Assembly: GCA_964471945.1 (NCBI GenBank)
Contig: CAYYIJ010000001.1
Coordinates: forward strand, 48,168 to 112,167
Source of the DNA: an uncultured Chlorobiaceae bacterium
Lineage (GTDB): Bacteria; Bacteroidota; Ignavibacteria; UBA10030; SZUA-254
Reading direction: 5' to 3'
DNA length: 64,000 bases
A program made the translations under genes and the position numbers. The notes under the pieces are model-generated. The model did no database searches and was not told where the DNA came from. It saw only the letters and a program-made list of their open reading frames with translations. The first letter of the stretch is position 1. Each line of letters begins with the position of its first letter. This document shows positions 49,400-58,935 of the stretch, in pieces.

Positions 49400-51958
49400 C
49401 TACAGCTTTGCGGCTACTACCACTGTTTCTTTTACTGATAGAAAACTACCACCATTTCCATCGAGTGCTTCAAGGAGAACAATATAAATACCGATTCTCA
49501 CTCGGTTTCGGTCATCGTTATAACCGTTCCAAATAATTTCACCTATTGAGCCGCTTGGTTCACTATCAGCAAGCACACGGATAAGCCGCCCTTTTGCGTC
49601 GTAAATCCTCACGCGTATTAACGCAGTTGTTGATGGAAGTTGGTATCTCAATATCGTTACATCTTCAAAACCGTCGCCATCGGGTGAGAAAGGATTTGGA
49701 AAGAAAGAAAGCGATGCACTACTTTGTACAACTGTAGTGTAGATACTATTTTGTTTTCCGGGTGTTCCACCAAGCGGGTTTGCACATGTGCTCCAGTTTC
49801 GTTTATCAGTACCCGGTAGATCCGGATTGATACGTTCCAAAGATCTTCCATTAACATCTTCAACATCAGGATTGTGCCAGATAGGAAAATATTTCATGCT
49901 ATCGATTGTTGTTCTTGTTAGGTCCGTAAGTATTATATCATCCCCTTCATTATTCAAGCTAATCAAGTCTTTTTTTACTATCACACGATAGCTCGATTCC
50001 GTCAGATAAGAGAACCGATTGAAGATAGACGAGTCTGATACAATCACTAAATATTCTCCAACACTAATTATACATGATGAATGACGAATGACGTTAGCTT
50101 TCGATTCTTTTCCAGTATCCGGTTTATCCGAAATTTTCCATCCAGATATATCGACGGTTTTGTTATTAGGATTAAAAAGTTCCACATATTCCGGCTCATT
50201 TGTTTTTGGTTGATACATGATTTCGTTGATTATGAGTGAACTTGGTGGGAAAGATATTTTAATTTCACTAAACACCATATTGTCTTTTTGTCTCAAATCG
50301 TCTGGGAAATTCACTATAGCAATTAAAATATTTTTACCAAGCGCAGGGTTTAACCATTGAAATATGATTGAAATAGAATCCTTTGGAAGTATTGGAGATG
50401 CTATAAATTGAGTTGAAAAAAGTTCAACTGGGTCAGGAATCGTATCCCGATTCTTATCATGGAAAAGAGAAACTTCGAAATTTTCAATCGGTTGACGGCC
50501 AGCATTTCGGACTAAGACCGAAAGAAGAGTATTATTATAAAAATAATTCACTGCAGAGACATGGAGGACGCAGAGGTCGTGTTCGAGAGGTGTTAGATAA
50601 TTATGTCTTCCCGGCGTGCTTCCCTTCGAATCTTTACTTGTTCCCCAGTTCAACGAATCGTTTGAATCAACAGCAAAATCTATCCGTTCCAATGATTTTC
50701 CGTTTGTTCCGCCCCAAGTTGGGGAATATCTGACACTATCCATTATAGCTCCTCGAGAATCGGACAATACCACCATATCACCGTTGTTGTTAAAAAGATA
50801 TGTTGGAATGGTTGGAGATTGGATTATTTGTGATTGAATGTCGGAATGAATGGCAGTAAAAAGTGAGAGATCCTTAGTTACGATACAAAACTCTCTCGGC
50901 TTGAGATATATTGATGATGCTGTGAGATTGTACCGGGGTTTAAGATTACGATTGCTGATTTTCCAATTGTTTAGGTTAACAGTATCTGATGAACAATTGT
51001 AAAGCTCGACCCACTCAGGTTCCGGACTTGTTGGGGCGTACATAATTTCGTTAATGATAATGGTTTGAGGTGGAAAACCAATGGAAAGTGTTGTGTGTTT
51101 TATATCGTTAAAGCTATTTTGATCTCCGAGGAGAATATTTTTAATAATAATAGTATGATCTCCGAAAGATACGTTTTTTAATAACGATTGAACCTGCATC
51201 GTATCACCTTGTTGGAGTGTTTGGTTGATGAGTGAAGAGCCAAACAACTCTTCCAATTCCGGTTGTAAATTGTTGTTCGTGTCGATATAAAACTCAACGG
51301 ATATATTTTGAAACGGCTGCAAACCGGCATTCTTGATTGTAGTCATCACGATCACTGTATCACCGATGACTGGGTATGCGGGTTGAAAACGAATTGATGA
51401 TACTGCCACATCGGTATTATAGAGTGCAGTGATTGTGATATCGTCGAAGCGGATTGTACCGGTTGCACCTGTTCCATTTCCAACCACACGCCAACGTATT
51501 TTAGCCGATGGCTGATTGTTAAGTGCAGCCGCAAGCTTCAGCTTGCGTAAAACATAAGAAGTTATTCCAGGGTTGTGAAGTGTATCGCTAAGGATGATTG
51601 GAAATGTTATGCCGCCATCTATTGATGCTTCAATGATTAAACCAGAATTGTGTGTACTTGATCTTCGCTCATAAAACTTTAGTGTATCGACTTCCTTATT
51701 AGAGAAATCTATAAGAGGAGAAATAAGCCACTGAGTTATTTTTGAATTTGTACTGATGATGGCATTCGAATCCGAGCGAGGTGTTGATTTTGTAGTCGTG
51801 AAATCGCCTGTTGATGTTCTGTTAGCCGAAGTAATCCAGCCTACAGGTAACACCGGTGCAACAACGCTGTCAAAATTTTCTGTGTATGGAAAATATTTTA
51901 CCTGTGCTTGTGCCATTCCCACAAGCAGTAGCGGGAGTAGAAGTTTTTGTATATGCAT
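49400..51958 (-). CDS. Secreted protein with two lamin-tail (LTD) domains, CARDB-like repeats and C-terminal FlgD-Ig/T9SS-type domain.
   Basis: Signal peptide. LTD motifs IINEIMYAP..EPEWVELYN and IINEIMYQP..EPEYVELFN. C-terminal FPNPFSPDGDGFEDV...RIYDAKGRLIRVL. Confidence 0.7.
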   Translation of the reverse strand: MHIQKLLLPLLLVGMAQAQVKYFPYTENFDSVVAPVLPVGWITSANRTSTGDFTTTKSTPRSDSNAIISTNSKITQWLISPLIDFSNKEVDTLKFYERRSSTHNSGLIIEASIDGGITFPIILSDTLHNPGITSYVLRKLKLAAALNNQPSAKIRWRVVGNGTGATGTIRFDDITITALYNTDVAVSSIRFQPAYPVIGDTVIVMTTIKNAGLQPFQNISVEFYIDTNNNLQPELEELFGSSLINQTLQQGDTMQVQSLLKNVSFGDHTIIIKNILLGDQNSFNDIKHTTLSIGFPPQTIIINEIMYAPTSPEPEWVELYNCSSDTVNLNNWKISNRNLKPRYNLTASSIYLKPREFCIVTKDLSLFTAIHSDIQSQIIQSPTIPTYLFNNNGDMVVLSDSRGAIMDSVRYSPTWGGTNGKSLERIDFAVDSNDSLNWGTSKDSKGSTPGRHNYLTPLEHDLCVLHVSAVNYFYNNTLLSVLVRNAGRQPIENFEVSLFHDKNRDTIPDPVELFSTQFIASPILPKDSISIIFQWLNPALGKNILIAIVNFPDDLRQKDNMVFSEIKISFPPSSLIINEIMYQPKTNEPEYVELFNPNNKTVDISGWKISDKPDTGKESKANVIRHSSCIISVGEYLVIVSDSSIFNRFSYLTESSYRVIVKKDLISLNNEGDDIILTDLTRTTIDSMKYFPIWHNPDVEDVNGRSLERINPDLPGTDKRNWSTCANPLGGTPGKQNSIYTTVVQSSASLSFFPNPFSPDGDGFEDVTILRYQLPSTTALIRVRIYDAKGRLIRVLADSEPSGSIGEIIWNGYNDDRNRVRIGIYIVLLEALDGNGGSFLSVKETVVVAAKL

Positions 51959-52020
51959 ACGAATCCCTTATTCAAATATTTTAACATATTATTGATTGTC
52001 TGGGAGACGGATTTTATTAT

Positions 52021-52160
52021 AAGAGACTTCTAAAAAAACGTAAAAGTCATGGTGAGCTTGTCGAACCATGACTATTTACTACAAGCTCACGCTTCGACAA
52101 ACACAGCGTGACAGGTACTATAGGTGTTGTACACATTAAAGACGAACAGCACCTCTGAAA
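52021..52160. repeat. Palindrome-rich intergenic repeat region.
   Basis: ataagagacttctaaaaa (TIR-like), gtcatggtgagcttgtcgaaccatgac hairpin, and acaagctcac inverted copy. Confidence 0.4.
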
Positions 52161-52162
52161 CT

Positions 52163-54142
52163 TTATTCTTCCTTAGCTCGCAATGTATCCCACAAAGCGT
52201 AAGCGATAAGTCCACCGAACATAATTAAACCAAGGATTTCACCTGCATGTGATTCTGCCCATTCCGCATTATACCAATTCGCACCGCCAAATCTGATGAG
52301 AGCATTAAGAACTCCGAATAGCGAGCCGCCTGCGATAAATCCTGATGCGATTAATGTCCCTCTTGAAAATCGTGCATTGTTTAGTTTTTCGTTCTTTGTT
52401 CTAGATGTAACGAACCAGGCAACAAGTCCGCCAAAAACTAATGGAACATTTAACTCTTGCGGGATATACATCCCGAGCGCAAATGCAAGTGGTGGAATTT
52501 TCACCATGATAAGAATCAGAGAAATTACGCATCCAACAAGATATAGTATCCATGGTGCGGGTGTTTCCGACATCAACGGCTGAATCACTGCTGCCATCGC
52601 GTTTGCTTGCGGTGCGGCCATCGCGTTCGGACCTTTAAATCCATAAGTCTCATTGAGAATCATAATCACACCACCAACGGTTGCCGCGGAAACGAGAACA
52701 CCTAGAAACTTCCAAGTTTCTTGTTTTTTAGGTGTTGAACCTAACCAATATCCTATTTTAAGATCGGTTATAAATCCACCAGCAACTGATAGAGCCGTAC
52801 ATACAACACCGCCGATTATCAGAGCGCTAATCATTCCCGATGTTCCAGATAATCCAATTCGAACGAGGATGAATGAAGAAAGAATCAGCGTCATCAATGT
52901 CATTCCCGAAACTGGATTTGTCCCAACTATAGCGATTGCATTTGCTGCTACGGTAGTAAAGAGAAATGCAATTATGATAACAATCATTAATCCGACAATA
53001 GCATGAGTGAAGTTAAAGACAACACCGCCATAAAAGAAAACAAAAAGCAAAAGCGCAGCTAAGAGTATGAGTAAAACAATGAAGTTCATTTTCAGGTCAG
53101 TTTGCCATCTTACGGTCGATTCGAGGTCGCCCGCTTTCCGATGGAAGATTTCTTTGTATGCAAGTTTGAATGCCCCGCTAATAATTTTTGATGAGCGAAG
53201 TATGCCGATGATTCCTGCCATTGCAATACCACCTATACCAATCTGGCGGACGTATGATCTGAATATTTCCTCGGCACTCATATCAGCAATTAGTTTAGTT
53301 GCAGTTGCACCCAGCGGAGTTGTAAGATATTGACCGATTTCATAAAACAATGGAATCAAAACAAACCATGAAAGAAATGAGCCAGCCGCGATTATTGCCG
53401 AATATTTCAACCCCACAATGTATCCGAGGCCGAAGACCATTGCTGAGACATTAATTTTTGCAACCATCTTTAATTTATCTGCCATCACTTCACCATATTG
53501 GAACATTCTTGAAGTAACAACTTCCGCCCAAGCACCAAAAGCGCTGAAGAGGAAATCAAAGATACCACCGATTAAACCAGCTACCACAAGAACACCAGCT
53601 TGCTTTCCGCCTTTTTCACCTGCGACAAGAATTTCTGTAGTCGCGGTTGCTTCGGGGAATGGAAACTTTCCGTGCATATCCTTAACAAAATATTTTCTGA
53701 ATGGAATCAGGAATAAAATTCCCAAACATCCTCCAAATAAAGAAGCAAGGAACATTTGATAAAAACTTGTCGGCAAATCTAGAATGTAAAGAGCAGGGAT
53801 TGTAAATATAGCCCCTGCTACAATAACTCCCGAAGATGCGCCGATGGATTGGATAATAACATTTTGCCCGAGTGCATTCTTCTTTTTAAAAGCTGCCGAT
53901 AGACCAACTGCAAGGATTGCAATTGGTATTGCAGCTTCGAATACCTGCCCGATTTTTAAACCTGAATATGCAGCTGCAGCAGAGAAGAGAACAGCCATTA
54001 TAAGTCCCCAGCCAATCGACCATCCCGTTACTTCGGGATAAGATTTTGTTGGATCCATGATGGGACGGTAGCTTGCCCCCTCTTTTAATTCTTTGTACGC
54101 ATTTTCCGGTAAACCAGTAATAGTGGTGGTGGGTTGCTCCAT
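52163..54142 (-). CDS. OPT-family oligopeptide transporter.
   Basis: 659 aa, ~16 TM. N-terminus and overall layout typical of the OPT superfamily. Confidence 0.85.
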   Translation of the reverse strand: MEQPTTTITGLPENAYKELKEGASYRPIMDPTKSYPEVTGWSIGWGLIMAVLFSAAAAYSGLKIGQVFEAAIPIAILAVGLSAAFKKKNALGQNVIIQSIGASSGVIVAGAIFTIPALYILDLPTSFYQMFLASLFGGCLGILFLIPFRKYFVKDMHGKFPFPEATATTEILVAGEKGGKQAGVLVVAGLIGGIFDFLFSAFGAWAEVVTSRMFQYGEVMADKLKMVAKINVSAMVFGLGYIVGLKYSAIIAAGSFLSWFVLIPLFYEIGQYLTTPLGATATKLIADMSAEEIFRSYVRQIGIGGIAMAGIIGILRSSKIISGAFKLAYKEIFHRKAGDLESTVRWQTDLKMNFIVLLILLAALLLFVFFYGGVVFNFTHAIVGLMIVIIIAFLFTTVAANAIAIVGTNPVSGMTLMTLILSSFILVRIGLSGTSGMISALIIGGVVCTALSVAGGFITDLKIGYWLGSTPKKQETWKFLGVLVSAATVGGVIMILNETYGFKGPNAMAAPQANAMAAVIQPLMSETPAPWILYLVGCVISLILIMVKIPPLAFALGMYIPQELNVPLVFGGLVAWFVTSRTKNEKLNNARFSRGTLIASGFIAGGSLFGVLNALIRFGGANWYNAEWAESHAGEILGLIMFGGLIAYALWDTLRAKEE

Positions 54143-54196
54143 AAATTATTCCTTTGTTAATGGATTATGTTATGATAGTTGATAAAAAATAATAAT

Positions 54197-55882
54197 CTAT
54201 CTGAGTAGTATAAGTTTTTTTATTGTTTCAGACGTCGAAGTTCGCATCCGGCAAAAATATATTCCACTTGGTTGACCAGTTGCATTCCATATCACACTAT
54301 GCTCACCAACCATCACTTCTTTTTCAATAAGTGTTGTTATTTCTTCACCGAGTATATTATAGATTTTTAAAGTTATAAATTCTTTCTTTGGTATATTGAA
54401 TTTAATCGTCGTTGTTGGATTAAATGGATTTGGAAAATTTTGTGCAAGAACAATTTCCTGGGGAATAACTTCAGGTGAAAAATCAGTCACAATATCGACC
54501 GACTCATGTGATATCCAATTTGAAGGAATACTAACATTTAACCTGACATAAAGACCATTGGTTAAATGTTTAAATGTTTGATCTCCCGAATCACGCATCT
54601 CGTAAGAAAAATCATAAAACGATGGCGAATATGGATTTAATACATCTAAGTTTGAAATAGCAACTCTCATTGTATGAGCCCCAATTTTTACAGGATAATA
54701 AATTGAGCTGATGGCTTGAACTTGCTTTGAAAATGATGTTGAAGGGGATGTATATTGTACTGTATCCTGTTGTCGAATCTGTGGATAATAGTTTCCTTCT
54801 GAATAATAATTTATAGTATCAGCGTGAAGTCCAGTATTATAATTCCAAATCGTCCAATCTAAAAAAGCTTCTTTGAATGAACTGCCAGGGATCTTCAAAG
54901 CGCTGTCCAGTGCAGGAACGCTTTGCATAGAGCGCATGAATTCCCAAGCATTTCTCATTACATCTTTTGAATAACGCTTCTCAATAAATTTTCCCCAAAT
55001 GGCTCTACTGTATTCAATATTTGAGTTAGTATATGTGAAAGCAGTAGCAGGTGATGCAAAATGTCCTTTGGGCACACCATTCGGAGCTTTAAGATAATTG
55101 TAGTAATCATTAACCTCGGTATATAGAACATCTTCCATCCAGGTTGATGTAATCTCATATAAGTATAAATCAGGATCCCGATAACCGTAGCCACTTAATT
55201 GGATTGCGTGATGAAATTCGTGTGCGGCAGTAACTTTTAATCCTGCCATCCCTCGACTATAGTGTAGATTGAAATCGTTATCTATCTCGATGTGAGAAGA
55301 GTATCGTGGTGGTGAATAATTACCGATCTGATTACGGAGATATGTAGCTCCATATAAAGAACCGCCAAGTTCTTCAATGTAAATTTCATAATTTGATAAA
55401 CCTAAACGAAAAATCGGGGCATCATATCCAAGCGAATCAACTTGGATCAACCATACTTGGTTGAAATATTTTCCCACAGAATCGATATATGCCTCAGCCG
55501 TATTCTGAATACGTTGGAAATTGTTATCAAGAAGCGCTGGTTCATTAATGCCTGTGGTGTCATAATGAATCTGAAAATTTCCAATGATCCGTGATTTTTG
55601 CATTGTCGGTGCTGCAAGTAGTGATCGTATTTGGTCTTTCTGTTTTTCAGATAAATTATTCCAGTTTTTTATGATCTCGAACATTAACGGTAACCCGCAT
55701 TTCGCTGAATCGAGGTTGAATGATATTGTGGTGCTATTCTCTCTAATGATTTGCGTTATCTGACGGTGCACAGACGAATGATCTTGCTTATTATTATTCT
55801 CGCTGCTATATCCGGCAACTGTTAGCGTGCCGAAGGGGATGATCAATATGTAGATGAATTGTTTAAGAGTCGTTAGAATCAT
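54197..55882 (-). CDS. Secreted zinc metallopeptidase (HExxH) with T9SS type-A C-terminal domain.
   Basis: TAAHEFHHAIQ motif. C-terminus FPNPFNPTTTIKFNIP...LKIYNILGEEITTL. Confidence 0.6.
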   Translation of the reverse strand: MILTTLKQFIYILIIPFGTLTVAGYSSENNNKQDHSSVHRQITQIIRENSTTISFNLDSAKCGLPLMFEIIKNWNNLSEKQKDQIRSLLAAPTMQKSRIIGNFQIHYDTTGINEPALLDNNFQRIQNTAEAYIDSVGKYFNQVWLIQVDSLGYDAPIFRLGLSNYEIYIEELGGSLYGATYLRNQIGNYSPPRYSSHIEIDNDFNLHYSRGMAGLKVTAAHEFHHAIQLSGYGYRDPDLYLYEITSTWMEDVLYTEVNDYYNYLKAPNGVPKGHFASPATAFTYTNSNIEYSRAIWGKFIEKRYSKDVMRNAWEFMRSMQSVPALDSALKIPGSSFKEAFLDWTIWNYNTGLHADTINYYSEGNYYPQIRQQDTVQYTSPSTSFSKQVQAISSIYYPVKIGAHTMRVAISNLDVLNPYSPSFYDFSYEMRDSGDQTFKHLTNGLYVRLNVSIPSNWISHESVDIVTDFSPEVIPQEIVLAQNFPNPFNPTTTIKFNIPKKEFITLKIYNILGEEITTLIEKEVMVGEHSVIWNATGQPSGIYFCRMRTSTSETIKKLILLR

Positions 55883-57132
55883 TTTAAGTTATCAGTTTGA
55901 AATTGTTGAGTATAATAGCCGGGTGGGAAATATTCGTTGTTGACTAATATCGAAATAACTTCGCCGGTGATTTTATGAACTTTCATTGTAATATAAGATG
56001 GCTGATACACAAAAAATCTAATCGACGTCGTGTGAGTAAATGGATTAGGATAGTTTTGAGACAATTTATTTTTTACGATAAGTTTTATAATAAGACAATC
56101 GAGTGTCGGATCGTTGAGTTTTATTGTGCCGCTGTCAAGAAGTGTGAAAGGACCAATTACATTTTTACCAGGGCAACTGGTCAATTCGAATAGGGCAGGT
56201 TGGTCAACAAACTTCCACTCGAATGTAAGCGGAAAGGCATTCGATTGAATTTTAATTCTATAAACATATACACTATCAGGTTTTAAATTTGATGGATATG
56301 CTCGTATTGAATGATTCGTAGAAAAACGTACATCGTATCCTGGAGGGGGTGGAAGGGGAGGTAATTCTGAGTAATCTGGATTTGAAATGAGGTCTGAACG
56401 TGCTAAAAATAAATCTTTTGGTCGTCCTACTGAATCGCGAATGATTATATGGTTCCATCGCGACGTATCATCGTTTCCTTTCTGAACATAAGAAAAGGAG
56501 TGTGTTGAAGAAGATGTATGTACGTTTGGTGGAATCTGGTCAACATTCGGTATCCAGAAAAAAGAAAATTCATTCTTCCCCGGTTTCAAAACACCGTAAA
56601 AGATTGCTGCAGCCCGATGCTGATTTTGTGTGTCTCTTAAAACAAACTGCATAGTATCAAGGATAGAAAAATTGCCAACAATATCGTGGTTTTTGTTTGT
56701 TATGTTGAAAAATCTATAGTTAGATAAATTGGGAAACAAGGTTGTATCTTCTGTATAGAATGTTCCATCTGAGGATGTATATCCGAGTTGATTTGTAACA
56801 ATATCTTGGTCAGCATTAACTATCAATATTGAATCTAGGAAGTGAATTAATCCAGTGCTTGTATCTTGTAATGTTGTCGATAGTTTGAATACCGTTGAAA
56901 CAATTAATCGGTGTGTGGGATTTAGATTTTGAGGTAGAAGATTTCCACCAGAGATTTGTAAACCTCGAACGGGATTCCCCGCACTATCTTTTACACTGAT
57001 ACGCAGACTAAAAGATTCGGAAGGCGGTGATGGAGGTTTGGTTGGCACATCTTTACAAGATAAAAAATAACCAAACATGATTGCGAGGATGAGTGCGAAC
57101 ATAAATTTTAAAAAATATTTCATATTAATCAA
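55879..57132 (-). CDS. Secreted hypothetical protein with T9SS type-A C-terminal domain.
   Basis: Signal peptide. C-terminus YPNPFTHTTSIRF...MKVHKITGEVISIL. 4-bp overlap with the downstream gene. Confidence 0.6.
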   Translation of the reverse strand: MINMKYFLKFMFALILAIMFGYFLSCKDVPTKPPSPPSESFSLRISVKDSAGNPVRGLQISGGNLLPQNLNPTHRLIVSTVFKLSTTLQDTSTGLIHFLDSILIVNADQDIVTNQLGYTSSDGTFYTEDTTLFPNLSNYRFFNITNKNHDIVGNFSILDTMQFVLRDTQNQHRAAAIFYGVLKPGKNEFSFFWIPNVDQIPPNVHTSSSTHSFSYVQKGNDDTSRWNHIIIRDSVGRPKDLFLARSDLISNPDYSELPPLPPPPGYDVRFSTNHSIRAYPSNLKPDSVYVYRIKIQSNAFPLTFEWKFVDQPALFELTSCPGKNVIGPFTLLDSGTIKLNDPTLDCLIIKLIVKNKLSQNYPNPFTHTTSIRFFVYQPSYITMKVHKITGEVISILVNNEYFPPGYYTQQFQTDNLK

Positions 57133-58382
57133 TTTCTACTTTTTTCAACCCAGACTTGAACTAAATTCAGAACAGTTTCGATAGATTTTTCCATACCCCA
57201 AAGCGAAATCCACTCAGTTTTGCCGTGAAAGTTTTGTCCGCCTGTGAAAATATTCGGACATGGCAGTCCCATCGCTGTCAATCGTGAACCATCCGTACCA
57301 CCGCGGATTGGTACCCATTTGGGTTCAAGACCTGCACGCTTGGTCGCATCAAATAAACATTCAATCACACGCGGTTCTTTCTCTAAACCTTCACGCATAT
57401 TGCGGTACGACTCTTTTATTTCTAATTCAATCCTCGCTTTTGGATGTAAAGGTTTAACTTCTTGGATAATATTTTCCAATTTTTGTTTTAGCGTGTCTAA
57501 TCCTTCGGTTTTAAAATCCCGCAATAAAATATTCAGCGTCGTTTTTTCTTCTTCACCCTTGAGGACATGAGGATGAATATACGGCTCATAACCTTCAGTC
57601 GTTTCTGGTGCTACATCTTTCGGCATCCGAACAATAATATCTGCCATAGCCCGGATCGAATTAACCATTTTATTTTTCGCTGTCCCAGGATGGATGTTCC
57701 GACCATGAACGGTAATAATGGCGCTGTTTGCGCTGAATGTTTCTTTATTCAATTCACCGATTGCATCGCCATCTACCGTATAGGCAACATCAGCTCCGAA
57801 TTTTTTTAGATCGAAATATTTTGTTCCATTCCCCACCTCCTCGTCCGGTGTGAATCCAACTTTGATGTTACCATGTAATATTTTTGGATTACTTAAAAGC
57901 GATTGGATCGCGGTCATGATAATAGCAATACCGGCTTTGTTATCTGCTCCGAGTAGTGTAGTTCCGTCTGATGTAATTATAGTTTTACCAATACATTTTC
58001 TTAATTCTGGGTTCTCAGCTTCACGTATGACAATGGACGGATCACCCGGAAGAACTATATCACCTCCGTTGTATGTAAGCATTTGAGCTTTAACATTTTC
58101 ACCATTTGCGGAAGGCGAAGTATCTACATGTGCAATCAATCCAATCGATGGAACTTTTTGAAATGATCTATCTGTTGGTGGAATATTGCTCGGTAAAGTG
58201 GCTATCACATAACCATATTGATCAATATTAACATCTTGTAGCCCGAGTATTTTTAACTCTTTCACGAGCAGATTGAGTAAGTCGAATTGTTTCTTAGTGC
58301 TTGGATAAGTATCTGAATCCTCCTTTGATTGAGTATCGATCTTTACATATCGTAGAAATCTATCAAGTACTGTTTCTTTCAT
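57129..58382 (-). CDS. pepT: Peptidase T (M20B tripeptide aminopeptidase).
   Basis: 417 aa. N-terminal MKETVLDRFLRYVKIDTQS and the GADNKAG metal-binding region. Confidence 0.85.
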   Translation of the reverse strand: MKETVLDRFLRYVKIDTQSKEDSDTYPSTKKQFDLLNLLVKELKILGLQDVNIDQYGYVIATLPSNIPPTDRSFQKVPSIGLIAHVDTSPSANGENVKAQMLTYNGGDIVLPGDPSIVIREAENPELRKCIGKTIITSDGTTLLGADNKAGIAIIMTAIQSLLSNPKILHGNIKVGFTPDEEVGNGTKYFDLKKFGADVAYTVDGDAIGELNKETFSANSAIITVHGRNIHPGTAKNKMVNSIRAMADIIVRMPKDVAPETTEGYEPYIHPHVLKGEEEKTTLNILLRDFKTEGLDTLKQKLENIIQEVKPLHPKARIELEIKESYRNMREGLEKEPRVIECLFDATKRAGLEPKWVPIRGGTDGSRLTAMGLPCPNIFTGGQNFHGKTEWISLWGMEKSIETVLNLVQVWVEKSRN

Positions 58383-58550
58383 GGTTATGTCCTAATTCGA
58401 ATATTATAAATTGTTTTGGAAATCGTTTAGAAGCATTGTATGAATTTTCGATAAAAAATCCAAATAAATGCAAAACCTGGATAAATCGAAAAACTATATT
58501 GACAACCATCACGGATAAATTGTGCAATGATTCATAATTTATATATGTTA

Positions 58551-58655
58551 ACCAAAATGCTAAATTGCTCTTGGAAATGAAGAGGAACCGCAAAGTCGCT
58601 AAGAACGCTAAGGTTCGCAAAGATGATTATTTAGTTCTGTGTGTAACATCAGTAT
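58551..58655. repeat. Truncated second copy of the cgcaaag-triplet MITE-like element.
   Basis: ~105 bp, >95% identical to 26553-26658, including the right TIR tgtgtaacatcagt. The left ~75 bp of the full element are absent. Confidence 0.7.
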
Positions 58656-58837
58656 GTTAAGTACTTCTTATGGATTACTAAATAATTTGTTTGATGGTGG
58701 TAAAATTCGTATAATCACACAAGCATTTAATCTCTCGTTGATATATGTTTCTATAATAGGATAGATTTTTATTTTTAAGATAATGAGATATATTAAGTTG
58801 AAACCTCTGAAAAACTTTTTTCATCATTATGTCATTC

Positions 58838-58900
58838 TGAACGCCCGCCTGCCAAAGTCGGCAATGGTGGACGGCGGGCAGGAAGTGAAGAATCTTTCTC
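58838..58900. repeat. gtcattcYgaacgc hairpin-type repeat unit.
   Basis: gtcattctgaacgcccgcctgcc...ggcgggcagg, related to the units at 39803 and 39879. It was translated as the false N-terminal extension of ORF 58783. Confidence 0.45.
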
Positions 58901-58935
58901 GTTTTTGCAAGACAAGATGTTTCGCTCCGCTCAAC

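Noticed and set aside
58783-58935. N-terminal extension of the TPR protein ORF (MRYIKLKPLKNFFHHYVILNARLPKSAMVDGG...).
   Set aside because: It reads through a gtcattctgaacgc hairpin repeat. A canonical signal peptide begins at the internal Met at 58936, which is the more likely start.
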